Of a stretch of DNA of 64,000 nucleotides, positions 24,126 through 37,454 are shown in pieces (position 1 is the stretch's first letter; each line of letters begins with the position of its first letter). The position numbers and the translations under genes were made by a program. The DNA is from Octopus sinensis (taxonomy: Eukaryota), in the NCBI RefSeq assembly GCF_006345805.1, contig NC_042999.1, positions 34,720,001-34,784,000 on the forward strand. Direction: 5' to 3'. Below the pieces are notes generated by a model. The model worked only from the letters and a program-made list of their open reading frames with translations, made no database searches and had not been told where the DNA came from.

Positions 24126-24810
24126 GATATTTAATCTTAAGGCTAATTATGGGATAGAGTATTATTAATATTAACAATATTAAAGTTTGTGGGTAAAAAC
24201 GTTATTTAATCTTAGGCTAATTAGGAGATAGAGTATCTGAAAATATGTTAACAATATTACAATTATATTAAAGTGTGGGTAATAAACGTTATTTAATCTT
24301 GGGGCTAATTAGAAGGTAGAGTATTCAAAAATATATTAAAGTGTGGGGGAAAAAGTTAAAGTGTGGATAAAAACGTTATTTAATCTTAAGGCTAATTAGA
24401 GGATAGAGTATCTGAAAATATGTTAACAATATTACAATTATATTAAAGTGTGGGTAATAATCGTTATTTAATCTTGAGGCTAATTAGAAGGTAGAGCATC
24501 CAAAAATATATTAAAGTGTGGGTGAAAAAGTTAAAGTTAAAGTGTGGGTAAAACGTTATTTAATCTTAAGGCTAATTAGAGGATAGAGTATCTGAAAATA
24601 TATTAACAAATATTTAAAATGTGGGTAAAAAGGCTAATTAGAAAGATATTAGAGTGTGGGTAAAAAATTAGATGTTAAAGTGTGGGTAATAAACGTTGTT
24701 TATTCTTAAGGCTAATTAGAAGATAGAGTATCTGAAAAATTATTAACAATAAACAGTATTAAACGTTATTTAATCTTAAGGCTAATTAGAAGATGGAGTA
24801 TCTGAAAGAG
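24126..24810. repeat. Tandem monomer array forming the LINE 5'UTR
   Basis: About 8-9 copies of ACGTTATTTAATCTTAAGGCTAATTAGA-GATAGAGTATCTGAAAA...AAAGTGTGGGT, with alternating variants. Confidence 0.9.
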
Positions 24811-25506
24811 GTAAGAAAGAGGGGAAAGATTAGTTATCTATATAAAGTTCATGAAAGTTCACGTCCATGCATATATACGCATACATATATACATACACGC
24901 ACACACACATACATACACGTGCACACACATACACATATACACAGACGGGGAGAGAAGGAAGGTGGAAAAAAAGAAAGAAAATGAGTGAAAATATATTAAA
25001 ATATATATATATTTTAAAGTGTGAAGAAAGGGTTATTTAATTTTGAAGCCAAATTCTGCCTTCGAGACAGTTATTGAAATGTAACAAACAAAAAAAAAAA
25101 TAGCGATCGTAAACTTTAACGGAGATGTGGGCTTAAGTTATATAAAATAGGATAATAAACAAAATATGAAATAGAAGATGAAAGTGATACTTAATCCAAC
25201 GATGTGGTCTGGATTTTTCGTGGTTTTTTTCGTGGTTATTTTCCAGGAGATGTTTCTTTTTCCTTCTACAGTGGATTTTTTTTCACCATGTGCGTTTTCG
25301 GTCAAAAGAAAAAAATTTTACTGTGTTTGGCTTCAGGCAAAATATATTACGTTTTTGATTAATATATTTGTAGCCGAAGTGTTGTAGTGGGCTTTATGAG
25401 TTGAATTTGTGACTTTCAGTAGATTATTTCACCGATTTATGCACACTTTCTGCTTTTTAAACAGAGCAAAGACGATACACGACTCTCCTTGTCGGAGATA
25501 TATATA

Positions 25507-25556
<50 letters not shown>

Positions 25557-27329
25557 TTAAAATGTTACGAATTTAATTAAATGGTCATGAGATTTGTAGA
25601 TTGAGGATATTAATGTCTTATGAACGGCTTGCAACAATCATTGCTTTAGAGTGTAAGTAGCAGTTCTGTGAAACAAGCTAAAATTACTATATTTTGCTAT
25701 TGTAAATGGTAAAAAGCGCAATATCATCTGCCAATTAGCAACATTTTGTCAGAAATCCCGATAAAAATCCGTACAACAAATTGTGGCAAATCTGTTCTCA
25801 TTCATATCCATCTAAACCATATGTAGTATCTTCAAACATGAAAGTTCCATAATTGATTTTGGAACGGTGGATCGGGAAGAATATTATTATTGAAAATAGT
25901 GTGTAAATTTTGGCTTAAAACCTCTTTGGATAGAAATTTCGAAAGCTTGTGGGAAGTGAACCCACATCTCCTGTAAAAATGACAGGCCTTCTGTCATTGG
26001 ACAAAAGTAATCATACGAATGTCTCTATCCAAGAAGAACAGGAAGTTGTTGACGTGTAGAATTTATAAACGATGTCAAATCCATAATTCTTTTTTGAACT
26101 CTGCCAATAAAAGTAGCTGCATTTTAATAATAAGTGTCGTAAGAATTTCCATTTTAGGCACATGGTCATAAATTTCAGGTAAGAATGGATATTCCACTAA
26201 AGTGATCCTAGTACTTGACAATTATGTATTGTATCAACCCTAGAAAGATAAAAAGAAAAGTTGACCTACGGTGAATCGAACTAAGAACTTACAAACCTGA
26301 AAAAAGCAAATTTGTGTTATGTTAAACAAAGGGAAGGAAATATGGATCACTTACGTTATTCCTATGGAAGAACAGGCAATCCGTCCTTCCGCCTACTTGT
26401 GGGTATTTCTGCCTATGAGTTTTGATATTCCTTTTTTATTGATTGCCAGTGGTTATCTCTGATTCCTGGTCTCGAATTCAGTCAGAAATCTTACCTCAAC
26501 TGTGTGTTTATGGATGCTGTTTTTCATTTCTCGTTAAGCATATTTTAAATTTCTTTCATATCCTGCACCAACAAAGAAATTTTCTCCAGAATTCAAACCG
26601 CGTTAGTGAGACTGTTTAGAGCTGGATTGCTGACCTTAGAATTGAAGTTAGTTTTAATGCTGGTGATTATAGTGGTGGTTACGGTGATGATAGTGGCAGT
26701 GGTGTTGGAGGTAGTATTACTAAATCTTTCGCTGCTGTCATTAATTTTCATGTTTTTCTCGCTCTCATTTTCAGTTTTATTATGACTGTGATTGCTGTTC
26801 TTTCCTTTACTTTTGTCGTCATCATTTTTATTATTTCTGTCGCCACTGAATAATTCAGTGGTGATGTTGCGATCAGAGGTGCCACAGTCACCAGCCGCTG
26901 TTTTTGTTCCTGTTGCCATTGTTATAGTTGTTGTTGCCGTCGCTGCCATCCGATGTGGTGTCATTAGTGGTAGTGTTGATAATGATACGTCGGTTTTCTG
27001 TCATTTTTGCCAGTTCGATGAGAAAAGTAGCACCAAAATTATTATTCCAAATACTGTCTTACACGTCCAGGTGCATGTCATAAATATCGACACCATGATT
27101 TGATATTTAAAAAGAAGGTATAAATTTCAGTAAAAATAACAAATTCCGAAAGAAAACCAAAACAAAACGGAACAGAGCATTCGTCAGAGTTCTAGTACGT
27201 TCGGCTATCAAACAGTAGAGTGTTTAGAACACAAGTTAACAAAGAACACCTTTACGAAAGATCTAATCTTCCTGACTGATTTACCATTACAAAGCACCAA
27301 CTAATGATAAAGGTTTGAAATTTTAGTAA

Positions 27330-27522
27330 AAGGCCAGCAGATTTACTGGGAATGAATCAGTCGATTGCATCAATAGAAATGCTGAACTCGTATTTATTTT
27401 ATCGACTCGAAAGGCAACGTCAATCTCAGCGGTATTTGAACTCAGAGAGTAAATAGCCAGAAGAAATACTAGTAAGCATTTAGTCCTGCGTAGAAGCGAT
27501 TCTATTTGAGCACCACCTTCCA
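27330..27522 (-). mobile_element. Degenerate SINE family A
   Basis: TTTATCGACTCGAAAGG...CTCAGCGGTATTTGAACTCAGA. Confidence 0.65.
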
Positions 27523-28071
27523 CCTACAAATAATAATACTGGAAATAAATCCATCATTTAATACATTTTTTCAGCTTTTTCTCTTCTCTACACTAAATAA
27601 TATTATCTAACTTCCTATTTGTAGATTATTAATACACAACACAGTGTTTTTATTACTAATTGGATGAGAACCACGGATCTATGTTTTCTCTTTAAATCAC
27701 TGTGGTCAGTATATGTTGCAAGTGAGGTTGGTTAATAATTCAAAATCTGGTTATGATGACGTCTAGAGAAATATTGTATTTCACGTGGTAACATAAATTT
27801 TACCTGTCATACCTAGAAATTTTATGGTTTTCTGTACAGTTTAAGTAATAATTTGATCGGCCTGATGGCCACTCTAAATTACACTCCTTTGTTATTGATT
27901 ACTATATGAACTGGTACTCGAGCTTTCTTTGATAGGTACGTGATTCCCAGAATCCACATTTTATACTGCTCGTTTACATATATTTTATTTTATTTAGTTA
28001 GTTATATATGTGTGTGTTTGAGTGTCTGTGTGTGTGCCTGTGTGTCTGTGCCTGTGCGTGCATACAGGTGC

Positions 28072-28117
<46 letters not shown>

Positions 28118-28173
28118 GTATGGATATGCATACATACATATATATATGTATATGTATGTGTGTATGTATATAT

Positions 28174-28217
<44 letters not shown>

Positions 28218-28289
28218 ACGTATATAAGTTTCATGCACGAAATCCTAGGTTCTTTAATCAATTTGTACTTTCTGCTCATTGAAAATACA

Positions 28290-28535
28290 TACGTGGTCTG
28301 ATCAATAAGTATCCGGACTGTTGCCATACTAACGAAGCTAAAGCACAGAGAGTAAAGCCGTTAGATACAGATTGACGTTGAATTCTGGTCTGCATGCGCA
28401 CTAAAATTTAACGTTCTAGTTCACTTCCGCTGTTTACAACAGTGCTTGGAAGGAAGGTGTGTAGCGTGTGATTGTCGCATTGACCATGACACAGAGAATT
28501 TTGTTATACAAGCTCAGAAACCTACGCAAAATGTG
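28290..28535 (+). mobile_element. Mariner 5' end (TIR, leader, start of transposase)
   Basis: TACGTGGTCTGATCAATAAGTATCCGGAC terminus; ATG ACA CAG AGA ATT and a deleted ETYAK-like segment. Confidence 0.55.
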
Positions 28536-28611
28536 GTGCTCCAGCATGGCTGCACTCAAATGACTTTTACAAAGAAAAGAAAAAATATATGCCTTTATTA
28601 GATAGATAGAT

Positions 28612-29250
28612 ATATATACATACATACATACATACATGCATGCATACATACATACATACATACATACATACATACATACATACATACATACATACATACA
28701 GCTGAAGGACAGTGAAAAAGAAAATACCTACACTGTACTATTGAAAAATCCAATCCATCACCGGAACTGTAAAAAGCTGTAATACTTTCCAGAAGTTTAT
28801 CATTTAAATATATATGAGCATGTCTAGATATGCAACTATGTGCATGAGAATACACACATAAAGCAAAATATACAAATCTGCTCACATACATACATACATA
28901 CATACATACATACATACATACATACATACATACATACATACATACATACATGCATGCATACATACATGCATACATACATACATACATACATACATACATA
29001 CATACATACATACATACATACATACATACATCCAGACACACATGCAAAAATGCATTTTTTATGTTGAAATTCCAAAGAAGGAGGCTTGGATCTAGTTAGA
29101 AACTGACTTTTTCTCTATTGGCAAGAAATCTTGAAATAAAACTGAACAATGCCATACATTCATACATACATACCTACATACATACATACATACTACATAC
29201 ATACATACATACATACATACATACATACATACATACATACATACATACAT
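28612..29250 (+). repeat. Cluster of three (CATA)n tracts
   Basis: Direct reading at ~28612-28698, 28885-29030 and 29160-29250. Confidence 0.95.
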
Positions 29251-29731
29251 AGGCAAATATATATGAATGAAAGAAAAGTTCCAGCGATAGTCATAATAAT
29301 TTTTTTTAACATTTTTTAAAAATTATAGATTTATCTAAGAATTTGTTGAAAAAACGACGCTAACCTAATTGCTAAGGAATTTTGCGTGTAAGTGATTTTA
29401 CAGTATATTACTTTTGGAAGACATCGTATAAGCCAAAACTTTCTATGTTGTTAATCATACAACTTTAAGTATGTTAAGCTGACAGAGTTGATAGCGCGCC
29501 GAGCAAAATGCATTACATCCGTCTTAACATTTTGAGTTGAAATTTCGCCATGGTCGACTTTGTCTTTCATCTTATCGAGAACGATGAAATAACTAACAGT
29601 TGAGGACTGGATCGATCTGATCAACTTAATCCATTCCCCGGTATTGCTGGCCTTGAGCTAAAATTTGAAATCAGTATTATGTTTGGTAACGATCAAAATT
29701 ACTAAAAACAATTTTACGATCTATATATATA

Positions 29732-29927
29732 CACGAGTGGATGCTGAAAAATTGCTCGCTTTAATGTGTCGGGAAAGTCCAACCTTCCGAGTTCTTTTAC
29801 ATGGCTCAGGACTGCTGACAATAGGTGTGTGAATCTGAGAAGGGACTGTGTTGAACCGAATCATAATTAACTGATCCTCCTGTATGTTCTTTTACCCAAC
29901 GCGAGGAACTTTTCAGCACATCATCCT
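29732..29927 (+). mobile_element. Diverged second copy of the mariner MITE
   Basis: GTGTGTGAATCTGAGAAGGGA...ATCATAATTAACTGAT is the reverse complement of the 6403-6623 interior; eroded TIRs. Confidence 0.7.
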
Positions 29928-30254
29928 CTGTGTGTGTTTGTGTGTGTGTGTGCTGAGGAAAATGAAGCAGTCAGAATTTTGGGTAATTCTTTATTAGCGC
30001 TTTCTGCCGTTAACCGAACTCTTCAAGACAAAATTTAAAACCAAAATGATAACAACGGAACGTTTTCTCGTTCTTTTATGTGAATCATATGTTTTTTGCT
30101 TTGTGTAGAAGAGGAGAAAATGTTTTTGTCCTTTTCGAGAAAGAAAAGAAGATAAGGAGCAGGACAATCGAGAAGGAAAAGCAAAGTGGGGTAAAAAGAG
30201 GGACAGACAGAGAGAGAGGTTTCTTTTCGATTTCTAAATTTCCCTTAAGTACCC

Positions 30255-31142
30255 GTAAACGCAAACAGAACTTTCGTAAAGAAGCAAAGGACGCCATACT
30301 AATACTGAATAATGACAATCCGTCATCCTAAAAGAAGCCGATAATGGAAGGGCGATAGTAATTATGGTCAAAAGCTACTATAAAGATAAAATATGGGAAC
30401 TTCTAACAGACCAAACCTACCACAAGGAAGAACGGAGACACCCGAAAAAGGCATTAATAAATAAAATCAAAGCACTAATTACTGAATACCAAGATTCTTT
30501 CACAGACAAGGAGAAAGAATATTTATGCAACTGTGTAAACAAAAAGTGCAACTTCTACGGATTACCCAAGACTCAGAAAAGCTACGAAAATACAGAGAGC
30601 CGTAAATGAACAGAGAACCAATACATGATTTATTGACCTCCAATTGAGACCAATTGTTGCTGGACCTCAAACCACAACGCAACAACTGAGTCATCTTTTG
30701 GATATATTTCTCAAAACTTTGTGCCCATTAATACACAGCTATATACGGGACGGCATGGATTTCCTCTAGCACATTCCGCCCACTATCTCAGAAGATATTA
30801 TATTTACAGGCTTAGATGTCACTAATCTTTATACCAACATACCTCATACTTTGGAAGCCGTCAAACACTGGGTGGGAAAACATAGCGGACGGATAAACGA
30901 ATGCTTCAAAACTGAGTTCATTACCAAAGCCACATGCTTGGTACAAGAAGAAAACGCCTTGAGATTCGAAAATAAAACATATTTAGAGGTAAAGTGTACG
31001 GCTATGGGGACAAGGTTTGCACCTTCATAGGCTAACCTAGTCAGGGGGTACTTGGGAGAAAAGCTTTACGTGGAGGTAGAGAAAGCTTTTAATCGTGCTT
31101 GCAAAAAATACGCCATTAAAAAGTGGAAACGCTTCCTCGATG
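30255..31142 (+). pseudogene. Penelope-like reverse transcriptase remnant
   Basis: KEADNGRAIVIM, FYGLPK, DVTNLYTNIPH, TAMGTRFAPS*ANLV.GYLGEKLY, WKRFLD, with stops and frameshifts. Confidence 0.85.
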
Positions 31143-32246
31143 TGAGGGCCTACAAACATGTAATAACTTACTCAACACATTATTTACATTTGATGGATAT
31201 TATGATGATGGATGTAGAGAAAGCATTTATATTATGTCACAGTTGTTTCTGAATGCGTTTCCAATGTTAATAACATGATGCTCATCTCTATTTATACCAA
31301 GAAAATAAATGGTCAGATATATGGATAACATCAGGGTTTTGACATTTATTGTTCTAATAGACTCACATTACTAACACTTATCCGAAAATATACCACAGCC
31401 ATTTTACCAGTGATTAGGAAGGGTATCTATTGTCGCTACTTGGCAAAGTAACTCGTATAGAAATTTCTATTTTGAATTATTTTATTCAAGCAAGAAAAAT
31501 AAATTCTACAAAATGGTGAAAGATACTCAAAGATATATTTAAGCGGGTCCTACTTTGTTATAAAATTTATATCTTATGAACTGCCTTCTAGCTAAATATA
31601 CAATATACATGTTATTACAGAACACATTTATGATGTTTTATTAAATATACATAGAGAATAGATTGAATTATAAACAGTACCGTACATAAATTGTTTTTCA
31701 TATTCTGACTTTATTTTCCCAATTTATGAATGATGTACTAATATTTAGTGGTTGTTTGTGCAAAACATGGAGTTACACAGACTATGGAAATTGGCTCTGC
31801 AAGTATGAAGGGATGTACATTTCCACTGGATTTTGAACTCGTTTTGTTTTCAAAATTTACCCACATGAGAATCAAAATATTTTTCTTCTACTTTTTTTCC
31901 CACCCTCGTTTCCTAAACTTAACATCTTGAAAGTTGGTGTATAAGAAAATGTTTATTTACAAATATGTTGATAGGTATACAATGAGAAAGGAAAGAGGAG
32001 AAAGAGAAGAGAAAATAGAAAAATGCTTTGTAATGAAATTTCAATGGGATGACCACACCAAATTGAAAGAAGCCTCTCTATATATATTTATTTTCCACCC
32101 CTTTACTTTTCCCATTTTTCCCATGTTCCTGCTCCCCAAAATATTATTTTTGTTTTCTTCGTCCTCTCTTGTCTGCAAAACACAATATAATTGCTAAGAA
32201 ACTCCCTTCCCCCTCTCTCTCTCTCTCTCTCTCTCTTCCTTTATAT

Positions 32247-32304
<58 letters not shown>

Positions 32305-32641
32305 TGTGTGCGCGTGTGTGTATGTGTGTCTTTTTCCCCTCTTTGCACTTTTTCTTGGTTTTCCTGCTCCATATCTTTTATTTCTTTCTCCAAAATAAAA
32401 ACATAAAGACATTATCTCCTCTATTAAACAAAGAAAGAAAGTATCTGATTCATAGAAAAGAACGAGGAAACGTTCTCTTTTTATCATTTTAGTTTTAATT
32501 TTTGTCATGAAGACTTCAATTAACGAACGAAAACGCTAATTATCCAAAATTCAGACTGCCTCTTTTTTCTCAATATACGATATTTGTACACCATTTCAAA
32601 CACTCTCCTTCTCATTCTCTCTCTCTCTCTCTCTTTCTCTC

Positions 32642-32701
<60 letters not shown>

Positions 32702-32774
32702 TCGTTTTATACATGATATATGTTTTAGATATTGCGTATGTGCATGTATGTGTGTATATTTTTATCTTTTCCAT

Positions 32775-33135
32775 TGAATTAGTCATTGGACTGCGGCCAT
32801 GCTGGATCACCGCCTTCGAAGGTTTTAGTTGATTGAATCGGTCCCAGTACTTATTATTTTCAAGCCTGGTACCTATTTCATCGTCCACTTTTGCCGAACC
32901 GCTTGATTAATGGCTGGTAAACAAACCAATCACTTTTGGGGAGAAACAAAAATACAACACAAATACAAATAGAAATGTGGTGGGCTTCTTTTAGTTTCCA
33001 TCTACCAAATCCACTAACAGCGCTTTGGTTGGTCTCTGACTAGAGAAGACATTTGTCTACCGTGCCACACAGTGCAATTGAATCCGAGACTACATGGTGG
33101 CGAAGCGAGCTTCGTAAACACAGGCCTGCGCCTAA
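32775..33135 (-). mobile_element. Older SINE family C copy
   Basis: GACTGCGGCCATGCTGGATCACCGCC tail, TTTGCCGAACCGCT and TTTCCATCTACCAAATCCAC body; internal microsatellite unexpanded. Confidence 0.7.
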
Positions 33136-35314
33136 ATCAGCTTTTAAGCATTGTATCGCATTGATGTATGTCATGATACTTATTTTTCCACTTTGAATGT
33201 ATGTTATGTTATCTGACTTTCATAAAAATTCTTTTTTTTTTCTGGTTAACGTTTAATTGTTAGCGTAGATATAGGATTCTCTTATGAATGACATTTGTTT
33301 GATTTTTATAGCAGTGTCAATTCATCCGAGTAATTACTAAAAGATTTTGTTAAATACGAATTTGATTTCTCCCTATCTGACACAATTGCCACTTTATATT
33401 TATTATTATTATGTAAATTCATGAGTGGCTCATGAGAACTACGTGTAGATGGCTTATTATGCTTTCTTTATGCATTAAACCTCCTTGAGATAGTTTCTAA
33501 ATGAAAACTATCCACGTTTTTCAAGGAATCCGTTGAGTAAACCTATGCAACGTTGTATAAATTGAATATTATTTGTATACTTAAAAGATTTCACTGAATA
33601 ATCTTGTCATTTTAAAGAAGGATTTAAGAACAAATTACAAATTGATGTAGAGAAGGACAATAAGTTGACTAGAAAAAATGTAACAGCGAATGAAATTATA
33701 TAGAAGCAAAATAATTGGATGTTGCATAGGCACATATCCCATTCGAAATATTCATTTCAGTTCCTTAGTTCTGTATAATTGAGGAGATAGTCAATGATAT
33801 GTTCGTAAATGTATACACACTTTGTCAGAAATTAGTAGAAGACACGGGATATGTAAATGTTAACAGCGTCAATAAAATATTACTAAGTTAATCGCCTTTG
33901 GAGAAATGTTGTCATAGGTAGACCATTAACTTGATAACATATATTTAAATATGAAAAGATGTGGATCGAATTTTGAATACACGTGATCATGAAATTATAA
34001 AAAATTATACGTACATCACTGAAATTATCTGTCAAATATTATTTATCGTATAGCCAAGATACAATTTGTCGAGCGGGTTATGGGAATTTATAATCAGCGT
34101 TGATACATCGACCCAACCAACAATATTGTTATTACTAGAGTATACTTTTGGAACTATCTTCTAGCAGCCGAATTATCTAAATATTTAGAGTAACAAGCTA
34201 GAATATCATTCTGTAAAACACATGTAACGAATAATCTTGTATATTCTCCCAAGAAATCCCTTAAATACAAATAAAAATCATTATGTATTTTTAACTTTGA
34301 GAGGTGATGATTCTGAAAATGTGAGTGGGTTTGTTGATATTTAGCTATTTCTTAGATTATATAATCGATATGACAGCAGAAGATTATTGACGGAGAACAC
34401 TAGTCAAAGAAGATATAAAAGTTATATTTATCTTCTTTACTATACGTGATTATAGTTCCTACTAACCGCATTGCTGTGGTCAAGTTATGATCGATGCGTA
34501 ATCCCTAGAATAAAACGGAGATCAGTAAGTACAACTCATATCTGTTTACCCATAAAATATCTTGGCAAATGAGTGAAAAATATATAGAAATGTTGCCAAA
34601 TCTGGGGTATTCAGAACATGAAGACCACAGTAATTATAAAATATTTGCAAGACTAAACTTAATATAATCTTCAAGGACTGGTTATATTAGAATATGTATT
34701 TTTGAGTAATCCTCCGTTATATTTCATACCAATACGTTTTCGTTCGGAGACAGAGTACACCACGTCAAAGAAATTTACCAGTGTCAGATAAAAAATATCT
34801 TTGCTTTTATATGAGCTCAACTTAATATATTGCTAAACTAAAAAAAAGTTTTCACCTGTATTAGAAATAAGCAGACAGTTTGTAAAAGATGAAGTTGTCG
34901 ATGTAATTATAGTTGTTTCATGTCTGTGTGCATGTAAATAACTCTATTCGATAAGCGTAACACAACTTTCGACATCGTTCAATATAACATATTATGGTGT
35001 TCAATTTAATGATATAACCGAATGTCCAATATATTGAGTGCAAAAAAATAATCTTCCATCTAAAATGTAGCAAATTATTTGTTAATGATATTTGTGCAAA
35101 AAATAAATATAGTTGTGTTTTACGAGTCGAATGTTTAATAATAATAAAAAGCAAAGGCGCGAACAAATATTTCTCAAATATCATAATATTAAATTGTTTT
35201 ATGAAAAAAAGAATTATATGCCATTGTTATTGACGGACTTATAGACGTGAGCTGAACATACACAGAAAGAGATATGTATTCCATTAAAAACAGTGTGCAT
35301 GTCACACGTAAACA

Positions 35315-35454
35315 TTATACATACATACATACGTACATACATACATATATATATAATATATATATATAATATATATATATATTATATATATATATAATAT
35401 ATATATATATAATATTATATATATATATATATATTATATATATATATATTATAT

Positions 35455-35545
<91 letters not shown>

Positions 35546-35580
35546 ATACATATATATATATATATATTTATAAATACATA
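35315..35580. repeat. Imperfect (TA)n microsatellite
   Basis: Direct reading. Confidence 0.95.
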
Positions 35581-36085
35581 TAATATTTACATGTGTGTGT
35601 GTCTGTATATGTCAGAGTGTGTGTGTGTGTGCATATATACACACACAGACATAAAAATATATATATTCATATACATGTATATGCATGTACGCATATGGTT
35701 GTATGTATATTCGAACGCCACATTTTGTAAGTGAAACAATGAAGAGTGTAATCAATATTATTTATTTACACTGAATTATTTTTTCCTGTGACTTCAGTTT
35801 CACTTCACCGCGACCACCCTGTCTTATTACAGCATAAAAGTGAGATATGAACGTATCGTTTAAAAACAGAAAGCCCGTTTCTCAACCATAGGGTTTCGTG
35901 TTCGAACCTACTACTCTGATACTTGAACACGTATCTTCTGCTATAAACGAGGACCGACAAAATGTTTGTGAATGAAAATTGCTAGATAGAAAAATGTACG
36001 CAAGCTCGTCGGTGACAACATTCCAGTTCTTGAGAGACAGGCTGAATCTATCATCGGGTTTTACACTGTTGTTTATATTTGAACC

Positions 36086-36472
36086 GGAGGCGCAATGGCC
36101 AAGTGGTTAGGGCAGCGGACTCGCGGTCATAGGATCGTGGTTTCGATTCCCAGACCGGGCGTTGTGAGTGTTTATTGAGCGAAAACACTTAAAGGCTCCA
36201 CGAGGCTCCGGCAGGGGATAGTGGTGATCCCTGCTGTACTCTTTCACCACAACTTTCTCTCACTCTTACTTCCTGTTTCTGTTGTACCTGTATTTCAAAG
36301 GGCCGGCCTTGTCACTCTCTGTGTCACGCTGAATATCCCCGAGAACTACGTTAAGGGTACACGTGTCTGTGGAGTGTTCAGCCACTTACACGTTAATTTC
36401 ACGAGCAGGCTGTTCCGTTGATTCGGATCAACCGGAACCCTCGTCGTCGTAACCGACGGAGTGCTTCCACAC
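36086..36472 (+). mobile_element. Young tRNA-derived SINE family B with 12-bp TSD
   Basis: A-box TGGCCAAGTGG, B-box GTTTCGATTCC; TSD TATATTTGAACC at 36074-36085 and 36473-36484. Confidence 0.92.
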
Positions 36473-36689
36473 TATATTTGAACCAGATCCCGGCTCAACA
36501 ATAATACCACCTTGCATCGTAAGAGGCTGCAAAGCTATTAAAAGACACATTGGGTTTTCACTTGACATATGACAAAGCTTTTAAGACAAGGTATACACAC
36601 AATCCGAAATTGTTTTCATTCACTACTATCCAACAAGGAATCTGATCCTGACCGCAGCATTTCCATACACACAGAAAATACCATTAGGT

Positions 36690-37125
36690 AGCGAAAGAAG
36701 TTGTGTGGTCGTCTAGACTGAACGGGCTGAAGACAGATACTTTCCTCTCTGGCCTACTCTCATCAAGTTTTTCAGATACCATCTGAAAAGGAAAGTAAAG
36801 TTTGAGAAAGAAATACTGACTTCCAGCAAATTTGTTGAAAGGTGGGTGAATGTTGCAAATATGGTCCGTGTGAAAGGGCCTGAGCATACACTTTTGAATT
36901 TCAAAGGATGAGAGAATGATGGGGAGAGGGCACTTCTCCTAGTCGTCGGAGTGCTTGTGGGTTTTTCGTGGAGTCTCTATGAGTAGCCCTGAGTTGCTTG
37001 CCACATTTTTTGCATTTTCTCTGTTATATTTTTCATTGTTATCGCCTTTTTACACCCCACTTTTTCCTTCACGCTTTGTAATGCCCAATCTCATTTTTGT
37101 CGGCCCTTTTGGCTAATAAAGAAAA
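36690..37125 (+). mobile_element. Probable L1/Tx1-like 3' end (ORF2 C-terminus, 3'UTR, AATAAA)
   Basis: Frameshifted reading KEVVWSSRL.GLKTDTFLSG...YHLKRKVKFEKE...FVERWVNVA; AATAAAGAAAAGG before (TTA)n. Confidence 0.4.
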
Positions 37126-37454
37126 GGTTATTATTATTATTATTGCTCATTTCAAATGGGTTTGAATTTATCAATAACATTTGTTTGTCTGACTTTTCTC
37201 TCAACTTCACTTGAGTTGTGCAGTTTGAAAAGTGGGAACATTATGAACTTTTTCTGACCACATGTTGCCAGATGGTTGAGTAAAGAGATCTAACAGACAT
37301 CAGAGTACCTCATTTGTTGTTGTGCACTCATGAACGTTCCGATAATGCATTTTCAGTCAGACTAACATATATCTCTTCACAATTCGGGCATTTTGTGCAG
37401 TAAACTCAATTTCTGCTTCTGCAGTTCATATTTGCGGTTGCAAATATTCTACCG

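Larger units (their letters stand above)
20108..24810 (-). mobile_element. Near-full-length CR1/L2-group LINE
   Basis: Tandem-repeat 5'UTR, ORF1, APE plus RT, short 3'UTR with hairpins and (AAATC)n tail; GC-rich against AT-rich flanks; no TSD identified. Confidence 0.92.

Noticed and set aside
24126-24810. CRISPR-like appearance of this array and of 46171-46651
   Set aside because: Inter-repeat sequences are related to each other rather than unique spacers; eukaryotic context with no cas genes.
20090-24900. Target-site duplication for the LINE
   Set aside because: Both flanks are microsatellite-like but in opposite orientation; no matching direct repeat found.
26495-26562. Possible minus-strand exon (cag|...|gtaaga)
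   Set aside because: Stops in all three frames and no supporting neighbouring exons.
33500-34900. Repeat-free AT-rich stretch that looks like decayed coding sequence (similar at 51470-51950)
   Set aside because: Frequent stops in all frames and no motif I can name; needs a frameshift-aware search.
35340-35580. Periodic TAA/TTA interruptions in (TA)n tracts as a higher-order pattern
   Set aside because: Indistinguishable from slippage or long-read indel errors.
36086-36165. tRNA gene calls for SINE heads (also 19341 and 53323)
   Set aside because: A/B boxes are present but there is no complete cloverleaf; they continue into SINE bodies with TSDs.
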